Of a stretch of 64,000 nucleotides of DNA, positions 13,473 to 27,022 are shown piece after piece (the stretch's first letter is position 1; the number at the start of each line of letters is the position of its first letter). The notes beneath the pieces were generated by a model. The model worked only from the letters and a program-made list of their open reading frames with translations, was not told the origin of the DNA and did not search any database. The translations under genes were made by a program, and so were the position numbers. Source of the DNA: Octopus vulgaris (taxonomy: Eukaryota); contig OX597823.1 of NCBI GenBank assembly GCA_951406725.2, forward strand, positions 106,144,001 to 106,208,000, read 5' to 3'.

Positions 13473-14364
13473 TAGTTTTATTTTTATTTTTATAGCGTGC
13501 TTTCACTTCACTACCGAGCGCAGCTCTGTGTGCCTTGGGTATGTGCTGTGATTTGTTGTGATGCTCTGATGGTTATTGTATGGAAAGTGTTCTGCGTAGG
13601 ATGTGGGCAGTGCCTAGTAGTGCAATTTTCTGTATGTTATATGTGTTTGTAAGTCCTGGTGTTTTTGTTATGTATTTGTCTGAATATTTTTTTATCATGC
13701 CTAATGCACCTACTATGATAGGAATTGTTTCTGTTTTCAGATTCCACATTCTAGTTACCTCTATTTCCAGGTCTTTGTATTTTGAGAGTTTCTCCATTTC
13801 TTTTAGAGACACGTTGTCATCTGCCGGTATTGATACATCAATTAAAAAGCATTTTTTTTCTTCATGATCTCTGACAACTATATCTGGTCTGTTGGCCTTA
13901 ATTTCTCTATCTGTGTGTATCGGCATATCCCAGAGTATGGTTGCTTTCTCGTTTTCTGTGACCTTTTCTGGTGTGTGCCTATACCATCTTTTTTCTGTTG
14001 TTATTCCATAATGTTGGCATAGCTTCCAATGTATGTAGGTTCCAACTCTGTCATGTCTGTGAATATATTCCTTCTTAGCCAGGACTGGGCAGCTAGAGAT
14101 AATATGATTTATTGTTTCTTGTCCATCTCCACATATTCTGCAGTTACTTGTAATATTTCTTTTCATTACATGTTTTTGGTAATTTCTGGTGGGGAGGCTT
14201 TGGTCTTGTGCTGCAATTAAAAATCCCTCTGTTTCTGCTTTGAGTCCTGAGCTTCTCAACCATTGCTGGGATTTTTCTTTGTCTATTTCTTTTGCGTTTA
14301 GTTTAGTGCAGTATTTACCATGAAGGGGCTTTTCTTGCCATCGTTTTATCATGGTTCGTTGCTG

Positions 14365-14366
<2 letters not shown>
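13470..14366 (-). mobile_element. R4/Dong-like REL non-LTR retrotransposon, 5'-truncated, within (TAA)n
   Basis: ORF C-terminus plus short 3'UTR; (TTA)n on both flanks. Confidence 0.9.
13573..14352 (-). CDS. R4/Dong ORF C-terminus: CCHC knuckle and restriction-like endonuclease
   Basis: CRICGDGQETINHIISSC, RHD, NRPDIV, IDVSIP, EKLSKY; frame uninterrupted. Confidence 0.9.
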   Translation of the reverse strand: MIKRWQEKPLHGKYCTKLNAKEIDKEKSQQWLRSSGLKAETEGFLIAAQDQSLPTRNYQKHVMKRNITSNCRICGDGQETINHIISSCPVLAKKEYIHRHDRVGTYIHWKLCQHYGITTEKRWYRHTPEKVTENEKATILWDMPIHTDREIKANRPDIVVRDHEEKKCFLIDVSIPADDNVSLKEMEKLSKYKDLEIEVTRMWNLKTETIPIIVGALGMIKKYSDKYITKTPGLTNTYNIQKIALLGTAHILRRTLSIQ

Positions 14367-14436
<70 letters not shown>

Positions 14437-14841
14437 CTTTGCACAGCTTCTAACGCTGAAGATGTACTACGGTGCCAGCTGTTCACTACCAGTGAAATAA
14501 GGTAACACCTCTTATTTTTCGACCACCTTCTGGAGTATTCGAGCGGTTCCAAGCAGTGCTGTTTTCCCCTTATTGGATTCCCTATTTGTTCCATGTATTT
14601 CTCAAGATTTTTACTCTCTGTTCATAGGGCTCCGACAATAATTGGTACTGCTACCACCTTTTTTATCGACCACAACTGCTTAACCTCCCAAGCTAACCTG
14701 GCAAATCTACCGACTTTTCTTTCCTCCTTATCGCATACCTTGTTGTCAGCCGGGCAATATCTATGATCCAGCATCGTTTGCTTTCTTTCTCAATCAACAT
14801 TCGTATCGCACTGAACCATAAAATCCTATTGGATCTTTTGC
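14437..14841 (-). mobile_element. Second, diverged R4/Dong-like 3' fragment in the same (TAA)n tract
   Basis: Broken frames KRCWIIDIA/ADNKVCDKEEEK/LAWEVKQLWS..VPIIVGAL/KTALLGTARILQKV. Confidence 0.8.
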
Positions 14842-14860
14842 ATTATTATTATTACTATTA

Positions 14861-14935
<75 letters not shown>

Positions 14936-14944
14936 TTATTATAT

Positions 14945-15340
14945 AGGCGCAGGAGTGGCTGTGTGGTAAGTAGCTTGCTAACCAGCCACATGGTTCCGGG
15001 TTCAGTCCCACTGCGTGGCATCTTGGGCAAGTGTCTTCTGCTATAGCCCCGGGCCGACCAATGCCTTGTGAGTGGATTTGGTAGACGGAAACTGAAAGAA
15101 GCCTGTCGTATATATATGTATGTGTGTGTTTGTGTGTCTGTGTTTGTCCCCCTAACATCGCCTGACAACCGATGCTGGTGTGTTTACGTCCCCGTCACCT
15201 AGCGGTTCGGCAAAAGAGACCGATAGAATAAGTACTGGGCTTACAAAGAATAAGTTCCGGGGTCGATTTCCTCGACTAAAGGCGGTGCTCCAGCATGGCT
15301 GCAGTCAAATGACTGAAACAAGTAAAAGAGTAAAGAGAGA
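14945..15340 (+). mobile_element. tRNA-derived SINE, family A, full length
   Basis: A box TGGCTGTGTGG, B box GGTTCAGTCCC, internal (TG)n, tail gactgaaacaagtaaaaga; several copies in the window. Confidence 0.9.
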
Positions 15341-15345
15341 GAGAG

Positions 15346-15413
<68 letters not shown>

Positions 15414-15439
15414 CATTATTATTGTTATTATTTTTATTA

Positions 15440-15515
<76 letters not shown>

Positions 15516-16744
15516 AATTAATATTGTTATTGTTGTTGCTATTATTATTATTATCTGTCGGATGGGGCCAGCCGCATCCAATGAAGCATTTTCACTGTAC
15601 TCGTTCCTCCTCTCATTACCTTTATTGTGTTCCACCTCTACAACTCAGCCCCACACTAATTATTACACACATTCCTTCTTTCTTACAATGTCAAGCCTCA
15701 GGGATTCCTTCCTCGCTCATCTCTCTCTTTTTTTTTGTTTTTGTTGCAGGTGTTATTTTACAAAGTTTCCAGAAGAACATTAAGGCATAAATTTCACCAA
15801 TCCCAGAGAGTCTGCAAAGATCATGGGCATTGTCACTCGATCTGGAACCAGCAAAAGGAGAAATGAAAAAGTTTGAGATAGATTTAAGTAATTCATCATA
15901 TCTTCGCCTTGGAAAAAGAAGTATAAATCAATAATTAGGCTTAAAAAAGGTGAGCAGCCTTAAATTATTGATAACTGCCAGAGGTTGGAAAGTAGGAGAC
16001 CCACTCTCCTCGGCTTTGTTACAATTTCCAGTTGAAGCCAATTCGCATCAATTTCTTAATTGGAGAACTGAACAATGGTATGAACGTCAAAAGATCTTGA
16101 ATATCACTGTGGTGCGTATATGAGCTTGTGTGACTCGCAAGAGTAATAAGTAAAGTGAATATCAGCTTCACTTGGTAGATACAAGACTTTTTAAAAAGAA
16201 AATATGCTCAAATCTGTAACGCTTCATAGAGTTGCCTCCCTTGTTACAATTTATTCTACCGATGCGAAATTACTTAACAGTTACACCAAGAAGGTGGAAA
16301 TGAGAGGGAGAGGTGGGAGAGAGCGATGGGGAAAAGATAGTGAGTGAGTGAGAAAAAGAGAGAAGAAAGATAAAGATAGAGAATAGAAGGATAAGAAGTA
16401 CAATGGAGAGAGGGGGGGAGAATAGATTTTCTAGTCTGTTGGTTGGAACTAATGAATATAAAAGGAAACAATGCTTACGTTGTTTGAATATCGATTTAGC
16501 AAGATTGCGTACTACGCACTGATGTAGAGGCATACACACATAGAGACATACATACATGCACACATACATAACACATATATGCATACATACATACATACGT
16601 ACATACATATATACATACATACATACATACGTACGTACATACATATATATATACGTACATACGTACATACATACATACATACGTACATACATATATACGT
16701 ACATACGTACATACATACATACATACATACATATACATACATAC

Positions 16745-16793
<49 letters not shown>

Positions 16794-17405
16794 CATACAT
16801 ATATACATACATATATATATATGCGTGCGTATATATATATATATATATGCGCGTGTGTGTATATATATATATGTGTGTGTACACACACATTTGCGAGGCT
16901 ATAATATATAAATCATAAGAATAAAAATCAGGCTGAAACAACAAGCAAAACGGATTTCTATAGACTTCGGTAGGGAATCACTTACGCCCCTCCGCACACA
17001 CGTCTATATATATACACCCATATACAATGCAAACGCGCGCGCGCACAAAAGTTCCTTAAGACACATTCTCACGTCTCTGTATAAACCGTACGATTTTATG
17101 CCGACGAAGGTATCCCCTTCAATCGCTACGCAGGTATATAGATGTATATGTATACATATATTCTTCGCTTCCCTTTTATTCTTTTCCTTCAGTCAGTCAC
17201 TCGCCCTCTGGTCTTACTGCGACACCGTCTTGGAGGGTTTAGCCAAACAAATATTCCTGTATTTATATTTATACATACATGCGTACATTTATACAATTAT
17301 ATATACAAAACAAGCAAACAAATGTATGCATACATACACACACGCACACATATAGGAGAAAATGCAATGGAACGCAATACACACTGGTTTATATATATAT
17401 GTATG

Positions 17406-17482
<77 letters not shown>

Positions 17483-17626
17483 CACACGCACACACACACA
17501 CATGTATATAGGTAGCTAGACAGTTATTTATGCATATGTGTATAAAAAAGTATATATATATGCATACATACATATCTATATCTACATCTACCTACATCTA
17601 GATCTATAAATAGCTATATATGTTTA

Positions 17627-17681
<55 letters not shown>

Positions 17682-17823
17682 TTATGTATTTGTTTATATG
17701 TACGTACATATGTATGTATGTATCTATCTGTGTGTGTGTGTTTGATGCTTATGTAAATATGCGTTTATTGTGTTTATGTGTGTAGATATGTAGATATACT
17801 TATGTGTGGGAGGACGAAAGAAA

Positions 17824-17868
<45 letters not shown>

Positions 17869-18296
17869 CGAGAGACAAAGGGTGCGACTAAAGATGCACA
17901 TCGCAGTATTAGTCACAATTATGGTTTTATGTCTAATACAAAGTGCCGTAAACCTCCACCTCCCCCACACACAGATGCTTGCATTTACATTCACTGTCAA
18001 AGCATAATCAGATAGACGAACATTCACGCAACTTCACATACAACCACAAATACTTCGAAAATTATATTTAAGCTACGGTGTCTTTGTGTCAGTGTGGTTT
18101 GCTAAAAATAGCTGCCAAAACCTACCGTATCGTCTTGATGAAGCGAAAGGTTTATAGACTCGGGCAGCCCTTAATTATAGATCATCTCGATAAACACATA
18201 CCAAGGGATAAAGAACCAGAATTTGAACACTCATATCTATACATACGAATAAATATTTATGCAACACACACACAAACACACACACATACATACACA

Positions 18297-18328
<32 letters not shown>

Positions 18329-18692
18329 TGTACATACATGCATACATACATACATTCGTCCTTAATCGAAAGACACCTGTTGTTATGTCCTGTTATTATT
18401 GTATTTGTGTAACATTGTCCGTTTTTTTTCCGTCCTTGTTTTTCTATACATTCGCTGCTTTCTTCTAAGGAACCTAATGCTCTTAACTTAGTTTCCTTGG
18501 GGCTGGCCAGATTGGAGCAATCTCAAGTATAATCAGCCGAAATTGCTAAGATAATCTGGTGCTTGACTGAGGAAAGAAAACTTCGAATGACCCGTCCTTG
18601 TTTTCTTTGTATCGTCTATCTGGATGTTCTGTTGTCCCATTTTTGTGTCATCTAACTGTCCCGATGTTTTGCGTTTTTGTCCCATTTTGTAT

Positions 18693-18724
<32 letters not shown>

Positions 18725-19232
18725 CATACATACATACATACATACATACATACATCTGTAGATGCCTGTATCAACACATTTTTCTTGAAACACACAGTCA
18801 CTCACACATACTGAAATACACTCATGGGTAACCTGCGTATCGCGGGATTTTCTGAATGGGACACCTGACCAAAAGTTACCTTGAGTATTTTTAGTAGTGC
18901 GGCCCTCTTGATAATTAGCTAAGTCTCATGCGGCCCACTTCTCGTAGCAGGCTGCCCATGCCTGTTTCACTGTCAGCAACGAGGCGAATATACAAATGCA
19001 TTCGCACATACCGTCAAATATAAGTACATTGGCTCGGAGGTAGACATATACACGAGTTACCTGTTCATGCCAATGTGTCTTACTGAAGACAAAGACCGTA
19101 AAATAAATCAAGAGAAGAGCTCCGATAAAATATAATACAGCATAAATTGTTTTGACGCTTAGCTCATTGATTATTTCAATATTCATTAGAGCTGAGCAAA
19201 AAGTTCACAGTGATGTGACGGCTACTCTTATT

Positions 19233-19234
<2 letters not shown>

Positions 19235-19274
<40 letters not shown>

Positions 19275-19540
19275 TTAGCGTCCGCTTTCCATGCTAGCAT
19301 GGGTTGGACGGTTCGACCGGGGTCTGGTAAGCCATGAAGGCTGCACCAGGCTCCCGTCTGATCTGGCAGTGTTTCTACAGCTGGATGCCCTTCATAAAGC
19401 CAACTCCTCCGTGAGTGTAGTGGGTGCTTTTTACGTGCCACTGGCACAGGGCCAGGGGAGGCTGGCAAACAGCCACGATCGGTTGGTGCTTTTACGTGTC
19501 ACCGACACGGACGCCAGTTAAGCGGCGCTGGCAACTGCCA
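19235..19540 (-). mobile_element. RTE-type LINE/SINE 3' end with (GAT)n tail
   Basis: Minus strand ends ccaacccatgctagcatggaaagcggacgctaaa(tga)n. Confidence 0.65.
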
Positions 19541-19544
19541 CGTT

Positions 19545-19720
19545 ATATTCATAATGGAGACGTAGTCAAGGATATACGCAATCAGAAACAGGACAGTGGA
19601 GAAGATTGTTAGGGGTTCGTGTCTATAGTGGTCTAGATAGTCCTCGATCTTGTGGTGTTCCTTGATTGTTCCCAGTCGAAAGTTTTCCTGTATCAGGATG
19701 ACTGCATCTTTCATGTGTTC
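19545..19720 (-). pseudogene. Possible decayed REL-LINE C-terminal remnant
   Basis: LGTIKEHHKIEDYL...TVLFLIAYIL loosely parallels the Dong C-terminus. Confidence 0.25.
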
Positions 19721-20171
19721 ACATATTTCTAATACTCTGCATACTTTTATCTCATTTCACTGTCTTTTCCTTTTCGTTCCTTTCATCTTTTTATGTAGAA
19801 TTCCACACAGATTGTAGACTTAACTTGTGATGTTCAATTTATCTATGCCCTTGTGGCCGATGAAATAAGTATCAGTTGAGTACTGGGGTCGTTGCAATCG
19901 AATAGTCCCCCCCTCAGATTTTAGGCCTTGTACCGCTAGCAGGAATGATTACTGTCATCGTCATTATTGGTGGTCGTTTTCTTCTTCTTCTTCTTCTTCT
20001 TCTTCTTCTTCTTCTTCTTCTTCTTCTTCTTCTTCTTCTTCCTCCTCCTCCTCCTCCTTCTTCTGCTTCTTCTTCCTATCATCTTCTTACACCTTCTCCT
20101 CCAGTTCTCCATCTTCCTCTTCATCAACATCATGACAGTTGGCAAATCATTAGATCGTCTGAATAAATACC

Positions 20172-22663
20172 GTGCTCTTTTGCTCCTTCTTGCTCTTTTG
20201 CTCCTTCTTGCTCTTTTGCTCCTTCTTGCTCTTTTGCTCCTTCTTGCTCTTTTGCTCCTTCTTGCTCTTTGCTCCTTCTTGCTCTTTTGCTCCTTCTTGC
20301 TCTTTTGCTCCTTCTTGCTCTTTTGCTCCTTCTTGCTCTTTGCTCCTTCTTGCTCTTTTGCTCCTTCTTGCTCTTTTGCTCCTTCTTGCTCTTTTGCTCC
20401 TTCTTGCTCTTTTGCTCCTTCTTGCTCTTTTGCTCCTTCTTGCTCTTTTGCTCCTTCTTGCTCTTTTGCTCCTTCTTGCTCTTTTGCTCCTTCTTGCTCT
20501 TTTGCTCCTTCTTGCTCTTTGCTCCTTCTTGCTCTTTTGCTCCTTCTTGCTCTTTTGCTCCTTCTTGCTCTTTGCTCCTTCTTGCTCTTTTGCTCCTTCT
20601 TGCTCTTTGCTCCTTCTTGCTCTTTTGCTCCTTCTTGCTCTTTTGCTCCTTCTTGCTCTTTGCTCCTTCTTGCTCTTTTGCTCCTTCTTGCTCTTTTGCT
20701 CCTTCTTGCTCTTTTGCTCCTTCTTGCTCTTTTGCTCCTTCTTGCTCTTTTGCTCCTTCTTGCTCTTGCTCCTTCTTGCTCTTTGCTCCTTCTTGCTCTT
20801 TTGCTCCTTCTTGCTCTTTTGCTCCTTCTTGCTCTTTTGCTCCTTCTTGCTCTTTTGCTCCTTCTTGCTCTTTTGCTCCTTCTTGCTCTTTTGCTCCTTC
20901 TTGCTCTTTGCTCCTTCTTGCTCTTTTGCTCCTTCTCTCTTGCTCCTTCTTCTCTTTTGCTCCTTCTTGCTCTTTTGCTCCTTCTTGCTCTTTTGCTCCT
21001 TCTTGCTCTTTTGCTCCTTCTTGCTCTTTTGCTCCTTCTTGCTCTTTTGCTCCTTCTTGCTCTTTTGCTCCTTCTTGCTCTTTTGCTCCTTCTTGCTCTT
21101 TTGCTCCTTCTTGCTCTTTTGCTCCTTCTTGCTCTTTTGCTCCTTCTTGCTCTTTTGCTCCTTCTTGCTCTTTTGCTCCTTCTTGCTCTTTTGCTCCTTC
21201 TTGCTCTTTTGCTCCTTCTTGCTCTTTTGCTCCTTCTTGCTCTTTTGCTCCTTCTTGCTCTTTGCTCCTTCTTGCTCTTTTGCTCCTTCTTGCTCTTTTG
21301 CTCCTTCTTGCTCTTTTGCTCCTTCTTGCTCTTTGCTCCTTCTTGCTCTTTTGCTCCTTCTTGCTCTTTTGCTCCTTCTTGCTCTTTGCTCCTTCTTGCT
21401 CTTTTGCTCCTTCTTGCTCTTTTGCTCCTTCTTGCTCTTTTGCTCCTTCTTGCTCTTTTGCTCCTTCTTGCTCTTTTGCTCCTTCTTGCTCTTTTGCTCC
21501 TTCTTGCTCTTTTGCTCCTTCTTGCTCTTTTGCTCCTTCTTGCTCTTTGCTCCTTCTTGCTCTTTTGCTCCTTCTTGCTCTTTTGCTCCTTCTTGCTCTT
21601 TTGCTCCTTCTTGCTCTTTTGCTCCTTCTTGCTCCTTCTTGCTCTTTGCTCCTTCTTGCTCTTTTGCTCCTTCTTGCTCTTTGTCTTCTTGCTCTTTGCT
21701 CCTTCTTGCTCTTTTGCTCCTTCTTGCTCTTTTGCTCCTTCTTGCTCTTTTGCTCCTTCTTGCTCTTTTGCTCCTTCTTGCTCTTTTGCTCCTTCTTGCT
21801 CTTTTGCTCCTTCTTGCTCTTTTGCTCCTTCTTGCTCTTTTGCTCCTTCTTGCTCTTTTGCTCCTTCTTTCTTGCTCCTTCTTGCTCTTTTGCTCCTTCT
21901 TCTTGCTCCTTCTCTTTTGCTCCTTCTTGCTCTTTTGCTCCTTCTTGCTCTTTTGCTCCTTCTTGCTCTTTTGCTCCTTCTTGCTCTTGCTCCTTGCTCT
22001 TTTGCTCCTTCTTGCTCTTTTGCTCCTTCTTGCTCTTTTGCTCCTTCTTGCTCTTTTGCTCCTTCTTGCTCTTTTGCTCCTTCTGCTCTTGCTCCTTCTG
22101 CTTTTGCTCCTTCTTGCTCTTTTGCTCCTTCTTGCTCTTTTGCTCCTTCTTGCTCTTTTGCTCCTTCTTGCTCTTTTGCTCCTTCTTGCTCTTTTGCTCC
22201 TTCTTGCTCTTTTGCTCCTTCTTGCTCTTTTGCTCCTTCTTGCTCTTTTGTCTTCTTGCTCTTTTGCTCTTCTTTCTCTTTTGCTCCTTCTTGCTCTTTT
22301 GCTCCTTCTTGCTCTTTTGCTCCTTCTTGCTCTTTTGCTCCTTCTTGCTCTTTTGCTCCTTCTTGCTCTTGCTCCTTCTTGCTCTTTTGCTCCTTCTTGC
22401 TCTTTTGCTCCTTCTTGCTCTTTTGCTCCTTCTTGCTCTTTTGCTCCTTCTTGCTCTTTTGCTCCTTCTTGCTCTTTTGCTCCTTCTTGCTCTTTTTGCT
22501 CCTTCTTGCTCTTTTGCTCCTTCTTGCTCTTTTGCTCCTTCTTGCTCTTTTGCTCCTTCTTGTGCTCTTTTGCTCCTTCTTGCTCTTTTGCTCCTTCTTG
22601 CTCTTTTGCTCCTTCTTGCTCTTTTGCTCCTTCTTGCTCTTTTGCTCCTTCTTGCTCTTTTGC
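20172..22663. repeat. 18-bp minisatellite (TTTGCTCCTTCTTGCTCT)n, about 2.5 kb
   Basis: Direct reading; roughly 140 units with single-T indels. Confidence 0.97.
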
Positions 22664-22709
22664 AGTCTGTGTTTTGATTAAAAAAAATAACAGTCAAACA
22701 TTAGGTTCT

Positions 22710-23730
22710 AGCTTTTGATTCTGCATCACACAAACGACTAATGGTGAAGCTCCATTCAATGGTTGTGAAGGCTAATCTTTATAATCCGGTTGAAGTCCTT
22801 CATTCTCGGTCAAAAAGAAGCAGTAACGTTACTGGGATGACATCCTTCACATGATTCGATGACATTTGGTGTCCTGCAGGGTTCTATTATCTGTCCCTTA
22901 CTTTTGTTGCATACATTAATGCAAGAGATGTCAACTGAAAATGGTTACTGTGTTAAAACACGGAGACGACAATAAGATGTTCCTTGAGACAATAAAAAAA
23001 AAGAAATTTGTACTCTCTAGATCTTTGCTGCAACCTGGCCTGAACATAAAACAGCAATTGGATGCCGAGTGGTAACTGAAACCGGTTGTAAACAAGTGAG
23101 ATATATTTTTGAGATGGAAGCAGCAGAATTTACCTACCCACTCTTCACATGAACCAGAAGAAGTTTGCTGGTGAACGAAACGGGTGTATTATTTGCATTG
23201 GACGAACCAACATCTAAAATCTTTAAAAAGGACAAGGTGTCTTAGTATCAATAAATAAGATTTTTGTCAGCAGTTCACCAGCTACAGCCATCTGTTTGAA
23301 GCTATGAAGAAATATAATACATCTAGAGTTACAATTTGCAGCAACAGTCTGAAATCCACGTCTTGACCTCACTGTCGATCTATTTGGAACTTCCCAATGA
23401 CCTGCAGCCGTGCGAATACCCTTTGATTAAATGTATTGCTTCTCTGGACATTGGCCCATTACAGTTTCAACATGTAGCTGCTGACTTTATAGAAGCCCAC
23501 AAAATTACTTCTCATTTCTGCAACAGCAACATTTTTTAAATTCAATGTCTCAATCAGTCGTGAACATACTTATAGCTAAAAGGGAAAATCGCAGCCCTCA
23601 TCATATTTGGAAAAAGTTTTCACACTCAAAATTGTCGAAGTATGGAATAAACCACCTGTGTCAGATTTTAGCTGTCAAGACGCACCATCCTCCAAAATTC
23701 CAGGCCTATTCTGTGGATAGTTGTAATTTA
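22710..23730 (+). pseudogene. Decayed CR1-clade LINE ORF2 (RT to C-terminus)
   Basis: FDSASHKRLMVKL, FGVLQGSIICPLLFVAYIN, KHGDDNK (YADD-like), AADFIEAHKI, FTLKIVEVWNKPP. Confidence 0.8.
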
Positions 23731-23891
23731 TGACTTTTTTTTTATTCATTTATAACATTTTGGGATAATGACATTATAGAGTTCATTATTGTGATAAATT
23801 TGTTGGAGCTGATTATAATGTTGATCTAAAATCATTATGTGTATGTGTAATTACACACATACATACATACATACATACATACATACATACA

Positions 23892-23939
<48 letters not shown>

Positions 23940-24120
23940 CATATATATAGATATATATATTCACATAAAAATATCGTGTACATTAAAACACATTAAGAGG
24001 CTTCCAAATAGGAAAGCCTTGTGCTAGAAAGAGCAGTAGAAAACTCAAACCAATTAGGGTATAAATTCTCGAAAGGAATGAAAATTAAAAACGTTTACCA
24101 TCTAATTATGTGTATACATA

Positions 24121-24175
<55 letters not shown>

Positions 24176-25015
24176 ATATGTATGTATATATATGTGTATG
24201 TGCTTGTGTGTGTGCGCGCGTGTGTATGTGTATTTTTGTGTGTGTCTTCAAAATCTGTACTCGACCTTCATCACCAACAGTACGATCCGCCATTCTCCTC
24301 CTCCTCCTCCTCCTCCTCCTCCTCCACTTCTTCATCATCACCATCAACAACAACAAACACAAAAAGAAACAACCTCATCGTCTTCGCCGTCGTCGCCATT
24401 GTGTTTGTCCCTGTGCTATAAGTTTTTAATCAGACAAAAAAAAAATACAACAGATTATTGTTGTTCTTGTATTGGTTGGCATTGTTGCTATTACGGTTTT
24501 TTTATCAACAAGTGTATTTAACAAATCGTTCCAATATGGCACCTGTCTCAAGAAATACTCCGTCACATCTATATCGCCTCTAATTATTCTACTTTATCAT
24601 ACTCTCTTATATGTACAGTAAAAAAAAAACACCAAAAATGTTAATCTAACATTCGTATTACTTTCTTTCTTTCCAATTCATTCTCTTTTGTACAGAGAGG
24701 AGAACGGGCGTGCTTCATGTTTTTTATCTTATTTTATTTCCACAGTATAGATTCCACAACTATATCATTCTCATGCTTCCCCACTTTTTATTCTCAATCC
24801 CTTCCACTCTCTCCTTCCTCTCACTTGCTCTCCTTTCACTCTCTCACTCATATACATGCATACATATACATACATACATAATACATACATGCATGCATAC
24901 ATATATATATATATGTGTGTGTGTATATATATATGTATATATATATATATACAACCCTAATATTGATTAATACATATATATATATATATATATACATACA
25001 TACATAAATATATAC

Positions 25016-25068
<53 letters not shown>

Positions 25069-25389
25069 ATATGTATATATATATATGTATGTATGTATGT
25101 ATGTGTTTATGTATGTATGTATATACGCACAATATTTAAATTCGAGCTACTATCAGTTTCATGCTGTGAAAACACAATAAACTGGCAAGATTATATATCA
25201 AGCCTCGTTTCCTAGCAATCTTTCGGGTTCACATACACGACATGAATCTAATAGTTGCTCGAATTTGACTACTATATATCAAATGATATTTATCTCTCAT
25301 TGTATGGATCACATTTTTTGCTGACCCCCCCCCCACTCCATCTCAGTAACAGAAGAGTAAATTTCAGTAAATATATATACATATATAAT

Positions 25390-25770
<381 letters not shown>

Positions 25771-25833
25771 ATGTATGTATGTTTGTATAAAAGTGCATGA
25801 GTGTGTATATGTTTTTGCATAAATGTACGTAAG

Positions 25834-26234
25834 TATTCTTTTACTTGTTTCAGCCATTTTGACTGCCGCCATGCTGGAGCACGGCCTTTAGTCGAGCAAA
25901 TCGACACCGGGACATTCGTTGTAAACCTAGTACTTATTCTATCGGTCTCTTTTGCCGAACCGCTAAGTTACGGGGACATAAACACACCGGCATCGGTTGC
26001 CAAGCGATGTTGGGACACACACACACACACGCACACACAAACATATACACGCATTCATACATAGATATATATATATATGCTTCATTCAGTTTACGTCTAC
26101 CAAATTCACTCAAGGCTTTGATCAGCCCGAGGCTATAGTAGAAGACACTTGCCCAAGGTGCCACGCAGTGAGACTGAACCCAGAACCATGTACTTCGTAA
26201 GCAAGCTACTTACCACACAGCCACTTCTGCGCCT
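25834..26234 (-). mobile_element. tRNA-derived SINE, family A
   Basis: Reverse complement of 14945-15340. Confidence 0.9.
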
Positions 26235-26584
26235 GCCACACAGCCATTCCTGTGGCTACATCTTAAAGAAACTTTGCTTGCGGCGATGATGATGATGATG
26301 ATGATGATGGCACACAGTCATAAACATTTTCTGCATGTATATCTGTCTCATTCACACTTACTCAATAGTGAGAGATAAAGGTATATATAGACAGACAGTT
26401 AGATAGAATGATAGATCCATGTTTCGCTGTGTCTTTGAATGCAAAACATATCCGTCAAATGGTTGATATGATTCTAAATATGTTTGTTGTTCCGGTAGTT
26501 GTTAGCATTTCATGTTACTGATATTCTTGTAGTTGTTCATGCTACTTTTGATGTTATTGTTTGCGTTATGAAGTTGTTTTGCCG

Positions 26585-26750
26585 GTAACAAAAATATTTT
26601 TGCAACGTGGAAGGTGTTCATAAGCCATTTAAGAAACATTTAAGAAAATCCATTAGATTCCCTTCAACATTTAAATTTAATTTGTCAAAATATTTTCGTC
26701 GCTTTGAAACCACGACCGGTTCACTGACAAAAATCCGTGCTGCATCATTT
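26585..26750 (-). mobile_element. Dispersed repeat, probable Penelope pLTR fragment
   Basis: ttgcaacgtggaaggtgtt..taagccatt also at about 63971-64000; carries a hammerhead-like fold. Confidence 0.55.
26681..26731 (-). ncRNA. Hammerhead-like motif with swapped G3-C8 core
   Basis: TTTGTCA-GTGAACC-G-GTCGT-loop-GCGAC-GAAA-ATAT-TT-TGACAAA; 7-bp stem I; position 9 is C rather than A. Confidence 0.55.
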
Positions 26751-26835
26751 TTCTTTTTCAACAAAAGTTTCGAGTCTCGCTTCAAACATTCATGAAAACA
26801 TTTTTATCTATGCAAAGGCATACACACACTTCGGT

Positions 26836-26895
<60 letters not shown>

Positions 26896-26988
26896 ATAAA
26901 TTCAAAATTAAGGAAGATATATTATATAATCACTCTTAAATACTCTTTATTTCTTGATCACCCCAACCAAAATTATTTATAAATAAAT

Positions 26989-27022
<34 letters not shown>

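Noticed and set aside
14945-15020. tRNA gene
   Set aside because: A/B boxes belong to a multi-copy SINE head; no complete cloverleaf
18360-18695. Structured segment with GGCTG...CAGCC-GAAA resembling a hammerhead stem II
   Set aside because: No CUGANGA-like core or stem I in the right place; probably a dispersed repeat I cannot classify
20172-22663. CRISPR-like or telomeric array
   Set aside because: No spacers; unit unrelated to TTAGGG; eukaryotic context
19967-22718. 800-900 aa ORFs in four frames
   Set aside because: Produced by the stop-free 18-bp minisatellite, with frequent frame switches and no unique domain
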